From contig CP104013.1 in assembly GCA_025839675.1 (NCBI GenBank), positions 210,001 to 242,000 of the forward strand: a stretch of 32,000 nt of DNA, written 5' to 3'. The notes beneath the pieces were generated by a model that searched no databases, was not told the DNA's origin, and worked only from the letters and a program-made list of their open reading frames with translations. Both the position numbers and the translations under genes were made by a program. Positions 26,801-32,000 of the stretch are shown one piece after another (position 1 is the first letter of the stretch; each line of letters starts with the position of its first letter). Source of the stretch: Candidatus Lokiarchaeum ossiferum (GTDB lineage: Archaea > Asgardarchaeota > Lokiarchaeia > Sigyniarchaeales > Promethearchaeaceae).

Positions 26801-27254
26801 TTGCAATGGAAAATCATTCATTATTCCTGAACCAAAAAATCTTGAAAAAAAAATGTATTTCTCAGCAACAATATTACATGAACTCTGTCAGAAACATTTT
26901 CCTAGTGATTATCACTACAAATCAGCTCAAGCTTTTGGAAGAGCATTGAATGAACGAAAAGCATATTTATACAAAGAATATGGATTTAGAGTGTTCAAAA
27001 CCAAAAAGAAAACCCTTTATTATTTTGAAGATCGTGAGATTTACACAGGAATTGTCCAAAATATTATTGAAAAACTAAAAGCGAAAAGCAAATTCACTAT
27101 CTCAGCCAAAGAGATTGCAAAGGAAATTAGAGTAAATTCAATCAAACAAAGCGAAATATTAAATTACTTAAAAATATTATCCCAAGCTCAGATCAAACAA
27201 TTTAAGATAACCAATATGAAGGAAAACGGACAATTTTTAATTGTCCGAGCCTAA
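23853..27254 (+). CDS. replication protein: N-terminal PrimPol (archaeo-eukaryotic primase superfamily) fused to a C-terminal P-loop (SF3/D5-like) helicase
   Basis: PrimPol motifs: LVFLDYDV (DxD, D130 at 24240-24242), TPTGGFHKGYY (sxH) and AVDIRGKGGKIFASGT. Walker A GDTGSGKT (26112-26135). Walker-B-like KTWIIFDA. A long K/E-rich linker separates the two domains. Confidence 0.8.
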   Translation: MKSENQAINTSNPFKKKNTPHLNFVVGLNGSIYKKEDTLREKYKEFFEKYNPKTNFGDICLHHKEYLKEIPYEDRKWIRFSRQLKIWRIMTCASFSDDRLQFRTVPVSKNGFISCGTQPEYQGRSLVFLDYDVPKNEEVTFNLEALDKALGEYADTFTQATPTGGFHKGYYLKEPYFERDGKKIDITPANTQEKSLEDHTELTQKLGLQAVDIRGKGGKIFASGTKFVEHGLKEYKIVNANLPMEITLQEFSEITGLFLPKELYDPFENLNKAQNRKRVSKLKKKTSSPNSINSDSSEIPMKIREGFKDILEGTVAIEDLKLEKFKIFSALFRECLNCEMIQEEIISFLELNQGSFKRSETENNLNSQEKSDNWEKRPTKEHYSEIFSEYLIKKAQTQISKILETLEPENFTDSQILELIHLADTTADRIKLKKKLKEKIELTSKEFDKYVSLFTKKQNELNDRAKEVYYKSKEELTVKFDKGDDRNKFDQAFKLEKCSLKGIHREKVGKEFESFSFIEIVDGCKKFQEITARLRNQTQNSNRISVDTRNNIFAHAFKDVLLENGRFIYDIENTPYFFRNKEKDVLEIGVKKEHAEFLAYISKWGINHKNREGNVIIQELVNYCLKMGEKVQTYQQSHYDKLRKQLYIFDGVNQIFRLDGNQIVKIDNGEDGVFFRSAFRNNPIELVDEIDEKRIFYGKLRDGKYLFQRMTSCRINFSETELSIEQKAFLYDVYFIGIMFRELFSERAGALFIGDTGSGKTLAHSYFSLFYTNEEPFSLTKDQRDFRTTLNHFELANFENVDTNYNNEFDDIIASTITGSGNTPLRELHTTKKSSILKPKTWIIFDARTPRFLRADNLNRFVMFKLDSFQNSIGEFEVIQRDVFKKVFEEPAILNEIWSELFVVFNQIIRKLQSTNNSEIKKYPLRIAEFARFMEICGDIFEKDEKFVKNTMRALAKEQQEIGNQGTPLDTIFQNLKGEWEKHCNGKSFIIPEPKNLEKKMYFSATILHELCQKHFPSDYHYKSAQAFGRALNERKAYLYKEYGFRVFKTKKKTLYYFEDREIYTGIVQNIIEKLKAKSKFTISAKEIAKEIRVNSIKQSEILNYLKILSQAQIKQFKITNMKENGQFLIVRA

Positions 27255-27275
27255 TTTTTTACATTTTTTATCTTT

Positions 27276-27689
27276 GTAGGGTACTGATTAGAAGCTCTAT
27301 CAAACAATGTCGAAAAAAAGTGTTTTTTATACACAGAGGGAAATTATCGTAGAGATGAAAAACTACCCTAACATCTTCCTTTATAAATCCCTAACGTGCC
27401 AAATTGAATATATGCTTGTTTTAGTTCCGTTGAGGACAAAAAAAGAAAAAAAAAGTAGGGTAGTGCTTGTCAATATCTATTTTATAGCCATATATATTAT
27501 GGGTGTGGGTTGTTTCTACCATGTTTTTTCTACACGTATAGAAAATGACTTTAGTAGAACCCTACTGTTTTTCTTCTCTTTATCCAATACCACACAACAT
27601 AACTCATTAACTCTCACTTACTACCGTAGTCCTTTTTAAACAAAAATGCAGGGTATTGGGAGTGCTTTATATAGAAACAAGTAGGGTAC
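27276..27689. repeat. iteron-like cluster of GTAGGGTA motifs (candidate replication origin or operator array)
   Basis: GTAGGGTAC 27276-27284 (+). TTAGGGTAG on the minus strand (core 27364-27370). GTAGGGTAG 27455-27463 (+). GTAGGGTT on the minus strand (27558-27565). Degenerate GCAGGGTAT 27648-27656 (+). GTAGGGTAC 27681-27689 (+). Copies 3 and 6 share the extension GTAGGGTAnnnnTTGTCA. Confidence 0.75.
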
Positions 27690-27752
27690 GTTTGTCACTC
27701 TAATGACTGTGATATTTTATCAAGCAATCAATGAGAAAGAAAATGGTTAAAC

Positions 27753-28108
27753 TCAATTCATATCTCTTTTAACGTTCAATGAAAGACTTTCCTTCATAAT
27801 TTCATCCTTCTTCTTGGCTAAAATGAGAGTAACAGCATTGTGACACCAAGTACAAACGTTTTGAAATGGTTCAATTTTTAATGTGCCACACTCATGACAA
27901 ACAGCTCGACCGCATATTTCACACACCTATATTCGCCTTCATTCACAGAATTATAACAGTGACAGCAAGTTGGAATAATAATAAAGTCAGAATTTAAAAT
28001 AGCTTCCATAATGTAATAAAGACAACACAAATATTTAAATCCACGTTGTTTTTCGCCTATTTTCGTGCGATAAATTCTCAATTTGGATGAATTGCTTAGT
28101 GAAATCAC
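27753..28108 (-). pseudogene. Cys-rich zinc-finger gene split by a frameshift (76-aa ORF 27878-28108 plus 57-aa GTG ORF 27753-27926)
   Basis: The upstream ORF ends ...PTCCHCYNSVNEGEYRC.... A second frame reads VCEICGRAVCHECGTLKIEPFQNVCTWCHNAV.... Joining them near 27927-27935 gives a regular CxxC-x10-CxxC-x4-CxxC-x11-CxxC pattern. Confidence 0.45.
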
Positions 28109-28575
28109 TCCATTTTGATAATAAGTTCAATTTATTTTGCTTTCACACTTTTCTTGGGATGACCAAACCAAAATAATTTTTTGTGAGGGTGATCCCTCCT
28201 GCTAAGCTAAAAATACCTGCTGGCTGAAAAATGGATGTTTTGTTTCAATAATTAGGTACGCATTATCTTTTTTAGAATGATAACCAAAAAAAGAAGGAAG
28301 TACAGTGTAAATTCGAAAAGATGACCTTTAATACTCAGATGTTTAGGAATATCTATTATTTTTCTTTGTTTCTTTCAATTTCTCAATAAAAATTGCTGAT
28401 GGTTCAAGAAAGATTTCAAAATAGTCTTTTAAAAAATCATTTATATCAAAACCATTTTCTTCAACATGAAGGAATTTCAATTCTAATTCATTTATAGACA
28501 AGCATAAAATTGAATTTATCTGGATTTGAGATAGTAGTTTGAAATCAATAAAATTCTTATCTTTCAGGTAATTTG

Positions 28576-29124
28576 CTACCTTTTTTGGTGGAAACGTAGT
28601 ACAATATAATAAATAATTAAGCCAAATGCAAAAATCAAACCTCCTTTTATTAAAAGATCATATCCAAATTCATCCATCCAATCCTGTGCATAAATGAGAC
28701 CAAATAAATAAATTGTAATTATTGATACAAGTCCAATATTTATGATTAATCCTGAAAGATTTTTCTTTGTTTTGCCACTCGAAGCAATATATACAATCGC
28801 AATTATTAATTCCAGACTTAAAAATGCGAATAAACCAAGATAAAATTCAAAGAAGAACTGAATGACAATGAGAATCCCAAAAACTCTATCACACCATTCT
28901 AAATAAGAAAAAATACCCTCATTTGATTTTTCAATTTTGTATATTCCAAAGAAGCACATAAAAGAAAGTAAAATTGAGATGCTAAAACCTATTCCGAGAT
29001 ATAACGATTCATAACCCGGGAGAAAAAATTCTTGCGACTCTTTTTTTAGTAGTTCCCATAGAAATCCGGCAAATATAATATAATCAACAAAAGAAATAAT
29101 TATTTTTCTCACATTTTTGGACAT
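28576..29124 (-). CDS. polytopic membrane protein (about 5-6 TM helices), unknown function
   Basis: 182 aa, almost entirely hydrophobic helices (IIISFVDYIIFAGFLWELL; LYLGIGFSISILLSFMCFFGIY; GILIVIQFFFEFYLGLFAFLSLELIIAIVYI and others). Confidence 0.65.
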   Translation of the reverse strand: MSKNVRKIIISFVDYIIFAGFLWELLKKESQEFFLPGYESLYLGIGFSISILLSFMCFFGIYKIEKSNEGIFSYLEWCDRVFGILIVIQFFFEFYLGLFAFLSLELIIAIVYIASSGKTKKNLSGLIINIGLVSIITIYLFGLIYAQDWMDEFGYDLLIKGGLIFAFGLIIYYIVLRFHQKR

Positions 29125-29469
29125 GATTTTATTTCTAGTTTGGATTATTTATATGTGAATATACAATTATTTAATGAATAAATTCTAATTTTATTCGAAT
29201 GGAAAGAAAATTTGTAGATATTTCTTCAAACATGCAATATTTTTCAAGTCAAAGTCTTTAATATCCACTAGCTTCTATTTTCCAATTATGTGTTTTCATT
29301 TTCTACTTCATTACATCTCTCATATTCCATGAAATCTTGTGATTCACATGTTTGGAATATCACATGCAAATTCAGACAAATATCGTTAGTTTTGTTATCC
29401 ACTTTACTTTATCTAAATGATTAATGAGACAGTAAATGGATTTATATGATTTTATATCAGTAATAGTGC

Positions 29470-30138
29470 ATGGCGAAAATTTTTATCTCTCATAGTCAAC
29501 GAGATGTGAAAATAAAACAATTCTTCCATGAAATTTTTGCAAATACTAAGATACAAGCAAAATTTGAAGAATTTGATCAAGTTCTAGGACACAAAATCAA
29601 TTCAAACAAAATTGAAACGGATATTGTTTCATGCAATGCAGTTTTTATTTTATTGAGCGAGAATACAGATAATTTAAAACACACTCGGGATTGGATTGCG
29701 TGGGAATCTGGAAGTAGTAAAGAAAAGGAAATATGGTTATTTGTGCCCCAAAAAATTAATCGAAAATTGAATATAGTGATTCCAAAATTTAAACATTTAG
29801 TTCTTTTTGATTATACTGACTATTGGAAACAATATATTTATCAAATTGTTGAATCTTATGATAATTCAAACGTAATGGCTGTTTCAGCTGCAACAACAGG
29901 TATCGGTGCATTAATTGGTGGGACTTCGAGTGAAGATAATTCTTCAGATAGAACAATAATTGGAAGTGCAATTGGTTTATTAGGGGGATTAATCTTGGGA
30001 CAAGTGTTAATGACAAAAGCACCTAAAGGATGTAAGATTGAATGTTCCACTTGCTCTTCTATTTATACAATTCATACACGAGTACGTGAATTTAGATGTC
30101 CTGTATGCAATGCACAGCTTCATTTTATTGAAAATTAG
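29470..30138 (+). CDS. TIR-like (DUF1863/ThsB-like) domain protein with Gly-zipper TM segment(s) and a C-terminal zinc ribbon
   Basis: N-terminus KIFISHSQRD...AVFILLSENTDNLKHTRDWIAWESG...IWLFVPQ follows the TIR-like strand/helix pattern, with a W-x-x-E candidate catalytic Glu (E79, nt 29704-29706). Gly-zipper segments GIGALIGG and IIGSAIGLLGGLILGQVLM. Zinc ribbon CSTC-x17-CPVC. Confidence 0.5.
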   Translation: MAKIFISHSQRDVKIKQFFHEIFANTKIQAKFEEFDQVLGHKINSNKIETDIVSCNAVFILLSENTDNLKHTRDWIAWESGSSKEKEIWLFVPQKINRKLNIVIPKFKHLVLFDYTDYWKQYIYQIVESYDNSNVMAVSAATTGIGALIGGTSSEDNSSDRTIIGSAIGLLGGLILGQVLMTKAPKGCKIECSTCSSIYTIHTRVREFRCPVCNAQLHFIEN

Positions 30139-30267
30139 TAAAAAAACATTTCCACTAATAAAATCGTATTAAATATGCTTTTTTCCTTCACTTTTAGCCG
30201 TTATGTATTCCAATTCATTGAGTTTATCAGTACGTATATATTTAAGGCAGAGCGATAATTGAAGATC

Positions 30268-30540
30268 ATGAACAATAAGACAGAGAAAGAAACTTATTAT
30301 TCTGAAAAACTCCAAAATAGAGTTAAAGAATTAAAAAAAGCAAATAAAATGAAGGATCTCTTCTTTTTAGGCAAAGAAAGATTCGGAATGCGTACAGTTG
30401 AAAATTTATTCTGGCCTAATACATACCCTGAGCCGATTGATGAAGAGAAATGGATTAAATTGATGGATCAGATTCTCCATGAAGGATTATCTGCCGATGT
30501 CAATTTCGTTCCTTTTGATTTGAACAATCAAGATATTTAA
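30268..30540 (+). CDS. hypothetical protein (90 aa from the ATG; the track starts at TTG 30259)
   Basis: ORF with protein-like composition. No motif recognised. Confidence 0.45.
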   Translation: MNNKTEKETYYSEKLQNRVKELKKANKMKDLFFLGKERFGMRTVENLFWPNTYPEPIDEEKWIKLMDQILHEGLSADVNFVPFDLNNQDI

Positions 30541-30644
30541 TTATATCTCATGATTAGTAATAATTTCAGGATTAATGCAGTTAGCAATCTAAAAAACTCT
30601 CACCCTAACAAACTTTTTGAACAATTCGTTTGATTCCTCTAATT

Positions 30645-30794
30645 ATGAACACTCGAAAAGCAACAAAAAAGGAAATAGAATTTGAAAATGCTTCGTTTTT
30701 GAAGAAATTTTTTTTGACCTTAAAAGAAAACCCGATTTACCATGTACCACTAATCATAATTGTGTTCTACCTAGTATATGTTTCTATTTTTTAA
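30645..30794 (+). CDS. possible small membrane protein (49 aa), not in the ORF track
   Basis: MNTRKATKKEIEFENASFLKKFFLTLKENPIYHVPLIIIVFYLVYVSIF, with a single C-terminal hydrophobic helix. Confidence 0.25.
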   Translation: MNTRKATKKEIEFENASFLKKFFLTLKENPIYHVPLIIIVFYLVYVSIF

Positions 30795-30822
30795 GTTGAG
30801 ATTGAATTGGAGTGATAACTCA

Positions 30823-31212
30823 TCAATTTCTAATTTTACCCTCAGCAATAGCCTGAATGTCATCTAATCCCGACAAAAATCCATCAGCAACCCGAATCGA
30901 ATTGGGAATAGATTTCAAAATATCAGATTTAATCAAATCGAAATAGAGTTGGCGAAATTTCTCCCGAATTTCCTTATTGGCGAGATGAGGGTAACACTCT
31001 TGAAATGCACCTATATAAACCATTGATTCATGAGGTTTGACAATAGTATTCCGCAATTTCTTCAAATCTCGATTCGACAGGCCAGAATGGAATTGTTTCT
31101 TGAGCTGTTCGTTCACAATGTCGTTTGAATGGCCATCCACGAGTAATTTTAGTGCAATTCTCTTTTTTTGATCCCTGAGTTTTTTTTCCACAATTGGTAT
31201 TATCACGACCAA
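30823..31212 (-). CDS. hypothetical protein (129 aa, non-ATG start)
   Basis: The ORF has only TTG/GTG starts near its 5' end. A possible HTH-like segment is present (HSNDIVNEQLKKQFHSGLSNRDLKKLRN). No firm motif. Confidence 0.4.
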   Translation of the reverse strand: MVVIIPIVEKKLRDQKKRIALKLLVDGHSNDIVNEQLKKQFHSGLSNRDLKKLRNTIVKPHESMVYIGAFQECYPHLANKEIREKFRQLYFDLIKSDILKSIPNSIRVADGFLSGLDDIQAIAEGKIRN

Positions 31213-31342
31213 TTATTTAACACTTTTGTATTAGGGATCCAGAATTGGATCATTTGCAGATAATCAGAATTATTGTCAATTTGAATAAAAAGATAAAAAT
31301 ATTTATTTCTGAGAATTATACATATAATAAATGATAATATAA

Positions 31343-32000
31343 TGGGAACACTTTTCAGATTTCAGATTCCAAAAACATTCAAAAAAAATATTCAAGATTT
31401 GCTCTCAATATCTGAAAGCAATAGGAAGAAATTTTTAGAGCAAATTCAAATGGCTTCTCCCACTTTGGAGATCCAAGAACTAATTGATTGCTCAGAAAGT
31501 GAATTACAATATCCATCCCAAATGTTAATGTTCCTTTCAATGATTTACAGGATTTTTAAAGAATCGAAAACAAATTTGGGAGATTTTAGAATTTCTTTGG
31601 AAGATGCTATTAATGAGCTAGGGATATCTAAAGAACATGAAAAATACTCAGATATAATCAATTTTTTCATGGAAAGCATCCAACTTGATAATACTCTGGG
31701 GATTTCATCTAAAGCAAATGCAACAATGATAGATCATTCTCAAATAATAAGAAAAACGAGAATTTTAACTGATATTAGACCTCTTTTTCAAGATAATTTT
31801 GATGAATCAGTTAAAACAGGTGTCATTTATCATATGCTAAAATTAACCACTCGTCAGAATAAAATAGAGAAAAATCAATACATCGCATTTGATTTCGAGG
31901 ATTTGGTAAATTTAAAAAATACTATTGACAGAGCTTTAAGGAAAGAAAAAAATATTCGCCAATCACTTAATGATTGGATTATTTTAAGTTATTATGATGA
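31343..32000 (+). CDS. hypothetical protein, 5' part (continues beyond the right window edge)
   Basis: Open frame from the ATG at 31343 to the window end (219 codons, MGTLFRFQIPKTFKKNIQDLL...). It is not in the track because it has no stop in the window. No motif recognised. Confidence 0.55.

Larger units (their letters stand above)
18402..32000. mobile_element. integrated plasmid/provirus-like element next to tRNA-Sec (right border not identified; it may end near 27.7 kb or lie beyond the window)
   Basis: It begins directly after the tRNA 3' end. It contains a tyrosine integrase, several RHH regulators, a PrimPol-helicase replication protein, an iteron-like cluster and many orphan genes. 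I found no copy of the tRNA 3' segment elsewhere in the window. Confidence 0.6.

Noticed and set aside
27307-27639. 110-aa plus-strand ORF after the replication gene.
   Set aside because: It is low-complexity and hydrophobic. It is threaded through the GTAGGGTA repeat array and poly-A tracts, so it is more plausibly non-coding origin or operator DNA.
28185-28235. Locally GC-richer segment with a small hairpin (GAGGG-TGAT-CCCTC) and a CCTGCT repeat. It partly resembles the tRNA D-arm region.
   Set aside because: The match to the tRNA is about 10 of 14 nt, and it is to the 5' half rather than the 3' half expected for an att core. The stem is too short to call an RNA or a site.
18402-32000. Search for attR, i.e. 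a direct repeat of the tRNA-Sec 3' segment (GGTTCGATTCCCCCTCAGAGCC).
   Set aside because: No convincing copy was found by eye. The weak resemblances at ~27243-27252 (TCCGAGCC) and ~30627-30640 (TTCGTTTGATTCCTCT) are too short or too degenerate. The right border is left undefined.
1-32000. CRISPR arrays, rRNA genes, transposase/IS elements and other tRNAs.
   Set aside because: I noticed no regularly spaced 25-40-bp direct repeats, no rRNA-like conserved blocks, no transposase-like ORF with terminal inverted repeats and no other cloverleaf-like GC-rich island.

Overview
The window is AT-rich and looks archaeal: Hdr/MvhD/AOR redox genes, a tRNA-Sec with a 7-bp D-stem, and N/K/I-rich proteins. 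A Lokiarchaeia/Asgard-like origin is only an inference. It splits into two blocks.

Block 1 (1-18.4 kb) looks like core chromosome. It holds:
- a >1550-aa thioester-containing alpha-2-macroglobulin-like gene that runs off the left edge and is absent from the ORF track
- a membrane-anchored wHTH regulator
- an unknown-AOR-polyferredoxin operon
- an hdrC-hdrA-mvhD operon, divergent from an unusual TPR-HdrB fusion plus a polyferredoxin
- a hybrid histidine kinase and an aldo/keto reductase
- a tRNA with anticodon UCA (tRNA-Sec)

Block 2 (18.4 to at least 27.7 kb, possibly to the window end) looks like an integrated plasmid/provirus-like element abutting the 3' end of tRNA-Sec. It holds:
- a tandem GTTTAAC/GGTTAAAC repeat next to the tRNA
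- a minus-strand operon of RHH, RHH-wHTH, tyrosine integrase and a 525-aa protein with a HEPN-type RNNLFH motif
- a 750-bp non-coding region with a perfect 14-bp inverted repeat
- a pRN1-like module of a small RHH gene, two small ORFs and an 1133-aa PrimPol-helicase
- a GTAGGGTA iteron-like cluster that is a candidate origin

Further right lie a frameshifted 4xCxxC zinc-finger gene, a TIR-like/TM/zinc-ribbon protein divergent from a polytopic membrane protein, and several orphan genes. No attR, CRISPR array, rRNA or in-frame-TGA selenoprotein gene was seen. All family assignments come from motifs read by eye and need HMM or structure confirmation.
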